The notes beneath the pieces are model-generated. The model was not told the DNA's origin. It searched no databases and saw only the letters and a list, made by a program, of their open reading frames with translations. Shown here piece after piece: positions 44,954 through 56,777 of a DNA stretch of 64,000 nt (within the stretch, counting starts at the first letter, position 1; every line of letters starts with the position of its first letter). Made by a program: the position numbers and the translations under genes. Source of the stretch: Cyanidioschyzon merolae (lineage: Eukaryota); assembly GCA_000091205.1 (NCBI GenBank), contig AP006498.2; one strand, written 5' to 3'.

Positions 44954-46414
44954 GTGCGCTCTGTATCAAGGTGTATGCATTCCTGTATACAGCGCATGAT
45001 GCCGCGATACGATTTCACGGAAGCGGCAGCGGGGCTCCCGCGCTGGCTGCTCCTGCCTCACAGGGCAAGGCGCAGTGCAGGTAAGGCCCTTGGTGCGCGA
45101 ACTAGCAAGTATGCCTGCACTAGGAGAAGCCTGGAGAGCGTTTTTGATAGTGCGCACGCTCCTGACGCTGCAATGGGCGACGCTGGTGGCGACAGCGCCA
45201 CCAGCGCTAGTAACTGCTACGCTTCGGCGCCAGGAATGCGCCGCGTTCGCGCCAGCTGTTTCGTGCTGGACAAGATCGACACGCTACGGCCTCGAAGTGC
45301 TGTGGCTATTGCCGCACTGCTTTGCCCTATGAGAATGTTTGCCGGGGCGGTTTCAAGGAATGCAGGACGTATCGCGGGCGGGAATGGCTGTACGCCCGCC
45401 AGAGGTTTGGAGTCTGCAGCCTTCGAAGGCTTGCCCCAGGAAGGGTCGAATGCGGCGCACGACGTTTCTCTTGACGGGCACACCTGCTCCTCCCAGATCA
45501 GTGGTAGAAATGCGAATGGGCGTGCTAGACTCGAGCGTGTTGGTCGAACGCCGCGCGGTGGCATCCTGGATTTGTTGCGATCTGAGACAGTTCGTCTACA
45601 TGACTGGAAAGCATGGACTCTGCCTTGCAAGCAGCGACAATATGGACCGCGCCCGTTGTCGAGACTAGCCCGAGCGATGACTTCACATGGCGGGTCATCG
45701 CAACCGGAAATTCGAACAGGTGCTGTTGAGGCGAACACCTGCTGGAGCTGCAACGCACCTCGCACGTTACCTGGTGAATCCGATCCAGCATCTGTTCCCA
45801 TGAAAGCGTTTTTTTGTGAGCATTGCGGTCGGATCCAACCGAAACCACCAGTTGATGTGGATTTCTTTACTCTATTCGGTCTTCCGAGACGCTTTTTTCT
45901 CGACGAACAGCTTCTAGAGTCCCGTTTCCGTGAATGGCAGCGGCGCTTGCATCCCGACAGATTCAACGCGGAGCTTCGCAGGCAACAGGGATTTCATTCG
46001 AGCGCCGCCGACCCTCAGGCACACTATGCTGAACAGGCGTCGGCGCTCGTGAACGCCGCACACGACACGCTCAAGTCGCCACCGGCGCGCGCGCTGTACT
46101 TGCTCGCAGAGCACGGAATAAACTTTGAGTCTGATAGCGAGGACGCTTCCGATCAACGGGACATGGATCCGGAATTCCTGGAGGAGATGCTTGCCCTTCG
46201 TGAAGAGCTTGACAGGGCCGAGCAGGGGCACTACGATTTCGAAGCGCTTCGTGCACGTATTGAGGGTTCGCAAACTCGACTCTGTCAGGAGCTGGATGAA
46301 GCTTTTGCCAGTAGTGCGCGGAACGAGGAGGGTGCGCTCCGGCGTTGCCGGGACCTTACGGCTCGCCTGCAATTTTATCATCGTATAGCGAGGGCATTGC
46401 AGGAACGTCTGTGA
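44954..46414 (+). CDS. HSCB: HscB/Jac1-type J-domain Fe-S cluster co-chaperone. The likely true start is the ATG at 45677 or nearby; the upstream part of the ORF is a probable presequence or artefact.
   Basis: A zinc-binding CWSCN...CEHCGRIQ tetracysteine. J-domain FFTLFGLPRRFFLDEQLLESRFREWQRRLHPDRF, containing the HPD motif. The C-terminal helical HscB domain (ALYLLAEHGINFE...RCRDLTARLQFYHRIARAL). Confidence 0.7.
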   Translation: MRSVSRCMHSCIQRMMPRYDFTEAAAGLPRWLLLPHRARRSAGKALGARTSKYACTRRSLESVFDSAHAPDAAMGDAGGDSATSASNCYASAPGMRRVRASCFVLDKIDTLRPRSAVAIAALLCPMRMFAGAVSRNAGRIAGGNGCTPARGLESAAFEGLPQEGSNAAHDVSLDGHTCSSQISGRNANGRARLERVGRTPRGGILDLLRSETVRLHDWKAWTLPCKQRQYGPRPLSRLARAMTSHGGSSQPEIRTGAVEANTCWSCNAPRTLPGESDPASVPMKAFFCEHCGRIQPKPPVDVDFFTLFGLPRRFFLDEQLLESRFREWQRRLHPDRFNAELRRQQGFHSSAADPQAHYAEQASALVNAAHDTLKSPPARALYLLAEHGINFESDSEDASDQRDMDPEFLEEMLALREELDRAEQGHYDFEALRARIEGSQTRLCQELDEAFASSARNEEGALRRCRDLTARLQFYHRIARALQERL

Positions 46415-48549
46415 TACTTCTCGAACAGAGCTTGGTTGTGTCACCTTCGATTTTGCAGTGAACACTGCGAGAAATCTGCACAATTGATGTGACTTTTCAG
46501 CATTGTCTTGAGAGATGGTGATGCTCCTGTGACTTTGGAGCGTACGAGCAACCCGGGAGGAACGGTGCGCACCGGATTATTCGCGATGCCGAGCAAAGTT
46601 TTCTTGGATGGCTGAACGGAGAGAACGTTGGGAATCGCAGATCATTTCACGATTTTCCAGACGGCAGCGTCCATCGCTCTCCGAAACGTGCAGCAACTCA
46701 CGACAAGTTGTCCTCGGAGTAACGCATTCCTGGGTGGTGCTGTCGAGTACAGAGTCGGTGGACACTGCCCGCAGCTGTTATGTTGGCGGGGGCGCTGCAT
46801 GGTTTGGCATATAGTAACGCATACGACTGGATCGGTTTCGCAGGATGCCTGGGACCACGAATTCCTTCCTTCAGAGTGAACGTCGCACGAAAATGAACAT
46901 ACGCTATCAAGCCGGTGCCGCTTGTGCACGGATTGGCATATTTGGATTGCGAGTTCCTGGTCTAAGCAGCCTGCGGACAGGCAGCTTAGGCGATGCTAGG
47001 TGGCATTCAGTCCTTGAGGGAGCTCGCTGCAGTCTCAGCAGGGATTGCTCTGGAAGGGAAACACGTTTCCGTCTTCCGATACTGACGACAGTAGCTGCCA
47101 TCCCTGCATGCTGTATCGTTGCTCCTGGGAGCATGGATATTGTATTCGATTTTTATGGACAGTTTCGTGTCTTCGGCTCCTTGTCCAAGTGCGCGTTCGC
47201 TTTGTACGGCATGTGTATTTTCAGAAGCATTTCACATGGATCAGGCCTCGTCTCAGCACATAGCAGTCGTATCCGAGCTGACTCGATTAGTAGGGTGCAA
47301 AGACTGGGCCATGCATAGATGCCATCCAAGAAACAGCCACCACTTTCGTAACTAAAGACATCATCCGAGGACAAAACGAATGACCAACACGACGTGGAGC
47401 TCGTTTTCGCGCTTGATCCAGGTCTTGACCATGTCGCACGATGTGCACGACTCTCGCAATCTGACGAGTACTCGACGTTGTTTCTGAAACTCGCTATTCA
47501 TAGACACCATTTCATTTCCCACGGGCGCAGTCGAGAATCGAGCGCCATTGTCGGCCTACAAGCAGATCGAGATGAAAGGAACCATGGCCGGGCAGCTGCG
47601 ACGCGGGAAAGTATCCTGTCGCAGAGCAGTCGCGACATCGGACGAGGCAATACGAGGACTGCGTATACGCTCTCAATAGTCGTCGCCGTAACCTGCGCCC
47701 TGGTGCGTCAGAAGCGGCAATAAATGGTTGCGTCGCTCACGGAGCCCCAGTAATAGACAACGTTTTGGAGGGAAGTCCTGTTGTCGAACCAGCTGCGGCG
47801 GCCGCAGAGGAACTGCAGCACCCTTTGGGGGTTCGTTGCGTTTCTTTGACCAGAGGTTGAAACCTCGTTGTCCTTCCTTGGAGTGCTTCTGGCCCATACC
47901 GGAGTCCAGAAATTTTTAGATTTTTTTACGACACACAGCGTCGAAAGCGTGAAACTGAACAAAGAACGCAGTGGAAGCGAACGCTGCCGCAAAGCCCTGT
48001 GCACAACGCATCCGCGCAACAGAAAATCGTTGCATCGAACGGCTGCAAATGTTCGCCGCGCACGCACCGGCGAGATTGCGCACGTGCGCGCAAAAGCAGC
48101 TGTAAGAACCTAGACATAACGTACATGGTATCCGACGCCGCATGCAGTGCTGCACGCTTCGCGTGCGAGCACCGCGGAAGCGTGCGCAGCGATACGGCGC
48201 GATGGATCCCATGTGCATTATGTCAGTGGCACAAAAAAGTCCTACGCCCAAGGGGCTATAGACGTGCCCGCACTCGCTGACGCCTCCACACCTTTTTTCA
48301 CCGGCCGACTGCTATCGGTCCCAGCTTCTCCTTGTGGACGTCGAGCGTCAGAGGCTGCCCAACAACGTTGAATCGCGTCAACTCTTTGGGTCTCGTGTTC
48401 AGCACTGCACATCTCTTGATGTTGGTGGCAGCCCTCAAGTCTGGATTCACAAACTCCATGCGTTTCTTGCTGCTGCTTGTCATCACCAATGCAAGGAGTC
48501 TGTAAACTCACGGCCTCTAGGCATGTACGGTCCCGTCATCTTCCGGTGG

Positions 48550-48760
48550 GGTAAACAATTTTTCTCGTCTGTCTCCCCTCCTGTTATTTTTCGTAACCTG
48601 CTGCCCTTCGCTCCTTGGTTGGCGAGAAGAGGAGATTTTCTTTTTTCCTGCCAGCCAGCGACACCGGGCCTCCAGGATCCTCGATTTGCATATCGATCAC
48701 TCTGCCCTGGAATGTATATTTTTGTACGAACATACTTTGAATGCATCTGCTATAGGCCGC
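48550..48760 (-). mobile_element. Short 5'-end fragment (fragment E) of the TnpB/Fanzor-like element family
   Basis: gcgacaccgggcctccaggatcctcgatttgc matches the copy-B 5' coding region ccgaccctggacctccaggatcgtggacttgc. The translated RGSWRPGVAGWQEKRKSPL resembles the N-terminal HDPGGPGSAVAKKKTKDG of copy B. Confidence 0.3.
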
Positions 48761-51124
48761 GAAAAAGCATTTGATGACACGCATCCAGAAATGGAACACA
48801 ATTGACATTAAAGCCTACAGGTAACCCACAGCCATCTAACACTGACATAGCAACAACAGACCAACTGGAACGCCGCGATCGATATGAACCACAGGCACGA
48901 GGTTTTGTATACCAATCGGTGTATCTTCCTGAAGACGAAATATTCGGCGCGTGTAGGGATGTTCGCAGTAAGGGCCTCGCTGTATGTACGATTGAACCTG
49001 AGGCGAGCGGGAATGTCATAATCTGTTTCAGCTGCCGTCGAAGCCTTTGGCTGCCTCAGTTTCGCTCGTAGAGAAGACTTGCAAAAAAGCACCCACTTTG
49101 TCGAATCATTGAAGATATTTCCCCTGGCATCTGGCGGTGACTTTCTTCATGACAACATGGAATTTCACCGTTCACCTTGCCTTCGAGGTTCTGTTGATTC
49201 TGTCGAGCTGTAGAACTGTTTCTTATTCCTTCGTAGTCTGTGTCGTTGAACCGCATCGAGGAAATTTTTTATCGCTACAAGTAATCATTGGTCCACTGGA
49301 TGAATTGTTGAAGCTTTCACCATGGAGACAACGGAACGAATATTGTTTTTTCTTCCGCAAGTCCTGCTTTCTTCGGGGAGGTCCTTACGTAATGGAATCT
49401 TGAGATGTGGTCATTTTCGAAAATACGATGCCCTAGGGAAAGTTTTGGGAAAACAAGTCGGGTATCCTGCAGGGCCGTTCATAGCCGGGTTCAATAAATA
49501 AAACGAAAAATACTCTTCCCGCCGACCATCGAGGGAAGAAGAGCACAAAACGAAGAAGATGAAGAAGAGAGAGACAGCCAGGACAAGGTGTCTGCCCGGC
49601 TGGACGATGACGAAACTTTAGTGTCACAGAGGGCAAGAGTTTGAGGACGCCTAGCATTTCTATGTTCGAGAAGCGGCGAGAGTCGCATGGAGTTTGCGGT
49701 CCGAACTTCAACGACCTCGTGGATATCAGACGACGCATGGTGCAGAAGAGGATACCCGACGAGCTGAGGTGATCTAACATTGTGGCGCAGCCTCTCAAGC
49801 CCGATTTCTGGTGGGATAATCAGAACCGAGACCAGACAGATGGTCAGGAAAGGCAGAGAGGCGTCCATGAGTGGATGTATGTAAATACTCTATGTTCTTA
49901 GAGGATTTGTTTAGGAGATCATATGGACTAGAAAAATAGAACACTCGCCTTGATCCCGTGTTGATTTTGTACGGAATTTTTGGTAAAAGTGCAGCCTCTC
50001 TTCAGGCCTCCTGCAGGAACAGATCCTGTACAGGGTGACCTGAAACCACGTGTGGTGGAGGTCAGGAACCGTCAAGCTGTCAATGTACAGAACTGGAAGC
50101 AATCCGGGCGCACTATGAACTTGTTTGGCAAGAATAAGCGCTGCTGCCTGGGCTGAGGATATATATGAGAAGGAAAAATTTTGCAGTCGAAACTGAGAAT
50201 TTATAGAACTTTCGTCAGTTCGGAAGCAACAGCTGTAAACGTACCCACCATAAAATGCACTTTTCCTCAATGATGCTTCGTTTCAAGTAGCCACATACGC
50301 TGACTTCTTCATCCATACGAAGGATACACATAGGCACCAGAAAGAACGCTTCAGAATACGCGGATCCGCAAGGTCGTGCCTATGATTCGTAGATCATATT
50401 GTGCACGCTTGCGGATTTCGAACTATTTTGACAGCAATCTTGGCTCATGCAGTATGGCCATGTTAAGAAAGTATTCACGGTATACTCTCATGGAAGACGC
50501 TCATTTTTACATATAGACAGGCTACTCGGTCTCCTGTATCTGCATCTGGTCGGTAAGCAGGTCACGGCTTCTAGGGTTCATCGTAAAGAGAACCTGCGGA
50601 CATCAGGAACCGCCCTGTCAAAGCAACGCCAGTACCAAAAGAATCTCACAAAGTGCTCAGAGAGGACATGGCAATGGGTTCCTCGCAACATGCAAACACC
50701 CTACCGTGTATACTTGCGATGGCGCGAAGTCGACTTGGGCCCGCAAGCGCTCGATGCTCGCGGTCGCCACGCTGCGCAAGCGCGGATCCGTGAGAACCCT
50801 GGCGGGTGGGATAGGCAAACCGGGTCCTGTGCCAAAATGACCGAATGTGTGTACTTCCAGGAGCAAAACGGGAACGGTACAGTATTTGGTAGAAATGTTC
50901 CGTAGCGTCAGCGAGCATCAACGTGTCTGGTATATTCCATATTGTCCAAAAATGAAAAGAGCAACCGGCAATAGCACGGCGGTACAAGACGCTGGAAGAA
51001 TCGGTTTTGGCGGGAAATCAGTAGGTCGTAGCCGAGATCCTTGCGCAGCTGCTGCCGCCAAGGCGCTGTACACCCTCATGTGTGTATACGACTGCTAGGC
51101 TCTCGAACGATTTCTCGAAACGAC

Positions 51125-54034
51125 ATGGCACATTCCACGGACAGTTTTGCCTCAAGCAGCCCGCGAGACGACAGGGGTGAGGATCCAGCAGGTGACAACG
51201 TGCCGCTCTCGAGTGTGCCAGCGACCCCTGCGGGAGCAACACCGCGCCCTCCGTTTGCTGAACGTGGTATGTTTTCGCCGCCCTCATCCCGTGGTGCCTT
51301 GAGTCCAGACCCGTCAGAGCAGACAGGCGTCTCTCAGTTTGGCCAGGCGCGATACGGAAGGGCTGTAGGCGGGAGCGCCTCGTTCGCAGCGGAGGGTGAG
51401 CCAGGAATCGGAGCGCGGTCGGGCTCGAGCTGCCCGCCAACCTCACCGCACTTCCAACGGTTCAGCACTGTTGGACGCCGGGAACTGAGCCGTTCCTTTT
51501 TGGGGCTTCCACTCACGCCGCGGAGCAGCGCGACCGGCTCTCCGAACATTGATCGTGGCCTGGGCTCTCAAACAGTCGGCGGCGGCGCCGATCCAACGCG
51601 CACTACAAGCACTGACTCCATTCCTGTGCGGGTTCTCTGGGGAACAGACTTATCTGTGGAAGAGGTTTACGCGAAGTTGTTGAGCTTCTTAAAGGGATTC
51701 CATCCGCTGCGATTATCGGATGAAAATAGCCTTTCGAGAGGCGACGACTCCTCGACAACAGCGACCCCAGCGCCGCTCTACTTGAAGCTCCTGGAGGAGC
51801 TCCACGAAACTGATTCCCACACGCTTAACGTCAGCATGAAACACGTCCAAGAATATGATGCAGTCTTGCACGAAAAACTTGTACGGTACCCGTCTGACAT
51901 GATCAGCCTCTTTGATATGGCAGCAAACCAAATATACCAGCAAATGTTCATGAGCGATAGCAGTGGAGTGATCGGACACATTCAGGTCAGAGTTTACGAC
52001 ATTGGCTCTGCACAATCCGTGCGCCAGCTTGAGCCGTGCCATCTGGACTCTCTTGTCGCGATTCGGGGAATGGTAGTACGGACGAGCAGCCTCATTCCCG
52101 ATCTGGCGGATGCATTCTACCGCTGCATGAACTGTCTACACACAACGGTGGTCCCTATTCGACACGGGCGCGTCCAAGAACCGAGTGCATGTTCTCGTTG
52201 TGGCCTGAAATCTTCCTATCAGTTGATTCATAACCGATGCTGCTTTACGGACAAGCAGGTCATTCGTCTCCAGGAGTCACCAGAGAGCGTACCGCAAGGG
52301 GAGACACCTGCATCAATTTCACTTGTGCTGTACGAGGATATGGTGGACACCATGAAACCCGGCGATCGCGTGGAAGTCACGGGAATATATCGAGCTATGC
52401 CTGTGCGGGTTCATCCACGGATGCGGAACGTACGGTCTGTCTTCCGCACATACCTGGATGTGGTGCATGTGAAGCACACGGATGCTCGGCGCGTCATGGA
52501 CGTACCAGAACCCGGTGACGTCGATGCTCTGCCGCTCGCAGAAGAAGTCGCCGGTACGACATCGACCGCAATGGTCCCGCTAATCGACCTGGGCGGTGCA
52601 GGTTCTGCTCAAATGCCCGCCGAACCGCGTGAAGTTGCAGCAGATGCACTGGAGCCGGCGCCGCTGTCGGATGCACCGTTGCGCGGGATGCGCGACTGGG
52701 AGCCTCGAATTCGTGAACTTGCCCGTGATCCCCGTGTGTATGAGCGTCTAGCCGCGTCTATAGCGCCATCCATTTGGGGTATGGACGACGTGAAGAAAGG
52801 GGTCCTGTGCCAATTGCTTGGCGGGACACGGAAAGACTTTGTCGCTGCTGGAGGAACCCGTTTCCGCTCTGAAATTAACGTGCTGATCGTAGGCGATCCT
52901 GGAGTCTCCAAATCGCAGCTACTCTCCTTCGTACACCGCATCTCACCTCGAGGAATCTATACGTCTGGACGGGGGAGCTCGGCGGTTGGTCTCACTGCCT
53001 ATGTGACCAAAGATCCCGAAACGCACGATACCGTTTTAGAATCTGGTGCTCTAGTCCTTTCTGACCGCGGAATTTGCTGCATTGACGAGTTTGACAAGAT
53101 GAGCGAGCAGTCCCGCACAATTTTACATGAGGCAATGGAGCAGCAGACAATATCGATCGCCAAAGCCGGCATCATCGCCACCTTGAATGCCCGAACTTCG
53201 GTACTTGCAGCAGCGAATCCAATTGACTCGTGCTACAATCCACGCTTGTCAGTGATCGAAAACATTCAGATGCCGCCAACGCTCCTCTCTCGCTTTGATC
53301 TCGTCTATCTAGTGCTCGATAAGCCATCCGCAGACGATGATCGGCGCCTCGCGCGCCACATTGTCTCCCTCTTTAGCGAGCATGAGGAGAGCGCAGCAGG
53401 GAACGCGTTTCATGCTTCGGAAGATTTGCCCCTGGTGGAATTGCCGTTGCTGGCGGCCTACATCTCATATGCACGCGAGAATGTCCATCCCGTCTTGTCG
53501 GATGATGCAAGTGATACGCTGATATCGGGCTACATGGAGATGCGGCGGATGGGCGCTGCGTATGCCGCCCACGGGATTCCCAAGACCATTACAGCGACGC
53601 CGCGGCAGCTTGAGTCGCTGATCCGTCTCTCCGAGGCGCACGCGAAAGTTCGCTTATCGCCCGTTGTCGAGAGAGCCGATGTCGAAGAGGCTCTCCGTCT
53701 AGTACGGATCGCCACCCAGCAGGCTGCCACAGATCCGCTGACTGGTCGCATCGATTTGGATCTGCTGCAGACGGGGCATAGCGCGGCATGGCGTCAACGC
53801 GTCAACGAACTTGCGCGGGCAATCTGGAATATTCTTCAGGAACGTGAGTCCTCTATCGTGCTTCGCAAGCAGGCGATTCTCCATCTCCTTCGGCAACAAG
53901 CCGCTCAGGTGGGTACTACCTCTGCGGACGAGACCGTGCGTGAAGATGAGTTCGAGGAGGCTCTTCATCTGCTGCAGAACGAACAAAAGATACGGCTTGT
54001 CCAGCACGGGTCCGCTGTTGCACGTTGCTTCTGA
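51125..54034 (+). CDS. MCM4: DNA replication licensing factor MCM4
   Basis: The ORF is open from 51041, and the first ATG is at 51125. The N-terminal domain is Ser/Thr-Pro-rich (CDK/DDK sites), as in MCM4. C4 zinc finger CMNC...CSRC. Walker A GDPGVSKSQLL, Walker B CIDEFDKM, the arginine finger SRFDLVYL, and the IDEFDKM...AMEQQTISIAKAGI MCM box. Confidence 0.8.
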   Translation: MAHSTDSFASSSPRDDRGEDPAGDNVPLSSVPATPAGATPRPPFAERGMFSPPSSRGALSPDPSEQTGVSQFGQARYGRAVGGSASFAAEGEPGIGARSGSSCPPTSPHFQRFSTVGRRELSRSFLGLPLTPRSSATGSPNIDRGLGSQTVGGGADPTRTTSTDSIPVRVLWGTDLSVEEVYAKLLSFLKGFHPLRLSDENSLSRGDDSSTTATPAPLYLKLLEELHETDSHTLNVSMKHVQEYDAVLHEKLVRYPSDMISLFDMAANQIYQQMFMSDSSGVIGHIQVRVYDIGSAQSVRQLEPCHLDSLVAIRGMVVRTSSLIPDLADAFYRCMNCLHTTVVPIRHGRVQEPSACSRCGLKSSYQLIHNRCCFTDKQVIRLQESPESVPQGETPASISLVLYEDMVDTMKPGDRVEVTGIYRAMPVRVHPRMRNVRSVFRTYLDVVHVKHTDARRVMDVPEPGDVDALPLAEEVAGTTSTAMVPLIDLGGAGSAQMPAEPREVAADALEPAPLSDAPLRGMRDWEPRIRELARDPRVYERLAASIAPSIWGMDDVKKGVLCQLLGGTRKDFVAAGGTRFRSEINVLIVGDPGVSKSQLLSFVHRISPRGIYTSGRGSSAVGLTAYVTKDPETHDTVLESGALVLSDRGICCIDEFDKMSEQSRTILHEAMEQQTISIAKAGIIATLNARTSVLAAANPIDSCYNPRLSVIENIQMPPTLLSRFDLVYLVLDKPSADDDRRLARHIVSLFSEHEESAAGNAFHASEDLPLVELPLLAAYISYARENVHPVLSDDASDTLISGYMEMRRMGAAYAAHGIPKTITATPRQLESLIRLSEAHAKVRLSPVVERADVEEALRLVRIATQQAATDPLTGRIDLDLLQTGHSAAWRQRVNELARAIWNILQERESSIVLRKQAILHLLRQQAAQVGTTSADETVREDEFEEALHLLQNEQKIRLVQHGSAVARCF

Positions 54035-54211
54035 TTTTTTGTGCACTGGAAGCATCCTGGAATACTTCATAAAGTCTCCGAGTATAATAAATCTCTGTCT
54101 CTGTAATTTGCGTGCGGGAAAAATGCACACACACCAACAACGCCGCTCTGAAGTCGAACGACGTCGGGCGTGTACAGTAGTAGCGGTGAACGCGCTCTAG
54201 GCTAGACATCC

Positions 54212-56777
54212 TCAACTGACGTGCAGACGCCTCCCAGTCTTTTTGGACCGGCCACCCACTACTGCCTCTATTATTTTCTCATATAGTTCGACTTTGAGAG
54301 GTTGTCCAACAAAGTCCTCTCGTGTCAGCTCTGGAGTCCTCGTCTCCAGCACCGCACATCTCCTGATATTGATAGCGGCATTAAAGTCTCGGTTCACAAA
54401 ATCGATACGTTTCTTGCCATCACTGGTTGTACATGCTGATGCAACTAGTCCTCGAACTTTCGCTCTCCTTTTCATTTGCTCTTCCGTCAGTGGTCCATAC
54501 TTTATTATATCTTCAGGGCTCCTCTAGCACTTTTGCATCTCCACTCTCTGAAGTGTACAACCCAGCTCATGGTGTGTATACGATGTTCGAAACTCATCTA
54601 CAGGTATTGTAACAAAACGCTGTGCACACACTCCTTGTACGTTCTTGTCGTTGGAGCTGGCGTAGTCCCTTTTTGTATCTTCCAGCGCCCTGCTCCGTAC
54701 GCTACCACGAGCCTTCGAGTCTTGTCCTCTTTGAGCGCACTCAAATGATTGAAAAGGTTGGAAAACGCCCGCTGCTTCCCACCGTATCGATTCATACGCA
54801 AACGAGCCCATCGGGGCTTGGTATACTCCTCCCGCAGCGCATCCCAATGAGCAACGCGATCATCCATGAATTTCCGAAAAGCCTGAAAGTCCGCTCCTCG
54901 GCTAGTCACCTCGCTCAAAGCTTCCAGGTGATCCTTTCTTCCTGCATTCCATGTTTCGATTTTCTTCCTCGCATTCATGGTTCCTGATTCCAGGTAGTAC
55001 TTCGCTCTCGAGAATCTCAAAAGACGCATGTCTTTCTGACGTAAGTTACCGTCAGTGCCATCTTCAGCACGCTTCGGTGCTGCGATGGTGATGATATTCG
55101 TATTCCCAGGGTCCACGCCAACGACAAGGTCGTTATCCTGCACTTTCTGCATCTCAAGACCCGCCTCCTTCTTTTCTTCATCCTTCACCGCGCCAATGAC
55201 GAGGTCGTGATCCTGCACCTCCTGCATCGCAGGACCCGCCTCCTTCTTTTCTTCATCCTTCACCGCGCCAATGACGAGGTCGTTATCCTGCACCTCCTGC
55301 ATCGCAGGACCCGCCTCCTTCTTTTCTTCATCCTTCACCGCGCCAATGACGAGGTCGTTATCCTGCACCTCCTGCATCGCAGGACCCGCCTTCTTCTTTT
55401 CTTCATCCTTCACCGCCCTAACGACAAAGTCTTCATCCTCCATCTCCTCCGTCTCAGGAACCGCCTCCTTTTCATCGTCATCCTTCGCCGCGTCAACCAT
55501 AAAGTCGTTATCCTGCAGTTTCTGCGTCGCAGCATCCGCCTCTTTGTTTTCTGCATCCTTCGTCACGGGCGCAGCCGAGTGAGGGACTGGCCGATCTTTC
55601 TTCAACCGCCGGTAGTGTACGCATAAGGCTACTCCATCGGTTTTGATCAACCCAGTGAATACCTTTTGTTCGCTGACTTTGACAGGTTTGAAATCGAAGA
55701 TACTCCTCCAGTACGTCACCCGGTTCTCGCCGGTGAAATCCTCCGTGCTAACTTTGAACTCCGGACTGATCTCCTCCATGATGCCATAAAGGACGCTGGG
55801 GTCGATACTAACAAAATGTGACTTGATGTTGCACAACGGAACGACGTTGAAGCGCTTCCCCTTTAGGACAGCCTTCCTTTTCTCCCACTCTAAATTTTCC
55901 CTCTTCAGCCTCATCTCCGCTTTGCGTTCGAGTTCTCGGTCCAGAAACACGAAATACAGCAGAATAAGGCGATAGCATCTTTCCTTATCTTTTTTTCAAC
56001 TCTGATATCTTGTCTGCTGGATTCGCCAGCCCCAAGATTGCACGGTGCGCTTCTATAACCGCACGGATGACGGAATCCTCATTTGTGCTCCTGCGTGAGG
56101 CCTTCTTGTTGACAAATTCGACCTCATCTTCACGCTTGCGATCTTTCGTGATGCCATTGATAATCGCCCATATCCCCTTGCAAAAGATGCCCGGATACAG
56201 CGCAAACACGGCACGTCTCATGAAACGTTCGAGGTCCACTGTCAAATGGTTCTGCAGATTCGTGAGATGCTTCATCGCTCCGCATGTGTAGATATCCCGG
56301 TCACCCTTGTTTCGAGTGCCCTCGAAACTGTAAAAGGGTTGTTTCTCGTGGAAGGCATGTACTAGCTCATTTTCCTTTTGCGTTTCATCTGTACCAAGCA
56401 TCAGGTGATGAGTAAAGACTTATCGAAAAACCCGTCAGGGTACCTCGACCGTTTCCATGTGCGTAACTTCGTGGTACATCTCCCTCGCCAAATGCATTAG
56501 TCCTGACGACGCCTTGACAATACTCTTGGAGTACGAGCCGACACGTTTTTCGATAATGTCTCGCAACTTTCCCCTGTAGGGATCCTTGATATATCCAAGA
56601 AGACAGGTTTTCACCACAACCTCGTAGTGCGGTCGTCTTTCTTGCCGCCTTCTACGTAGGGCCTCCCATTTTTGCTTCTTTTTCTCTTCCTTTTCTTATG
56701 AACTCGGCACCGTCTTTTGTTTTTTTTTTAGCAACCGCCGACCCTGGACCTCCAGGATCGTGGACTTGCTTTTTCAT
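54212..56777 (-). pseudogene. Fanzor/TnpB-like nuclease gene of copy B, disrupted
   Basis: Relative to copy A there are in-frame stops (MGGPT*; VEVP*RVFR*), a +1 insertion in a poly-A tract (ttgaaaaaaagata versus ttgaaaaaagata in A), and frame changes near 54540 and 54480. It also contains an expanded 75-bp (25-aa) tandem repeat (DNDLVIGAVKDEEKKEAGPAMQEVQ x about 4.5) that is absent from copy A. Confidence 0.6.
55130..55470 (-). repeat. Tandem repeat, 75-bp unit x about 4.5, inside the copy-B Fanzor-like ORF
   Basis: The unit gccaatgacgaggtcgttatcctgcacctcctgcatcgcaggacccgcctccttcttttcttcatccttcaccgc is repeated on the plus strand. Copy A has a single unit at the same position. Confidence 0.8.
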
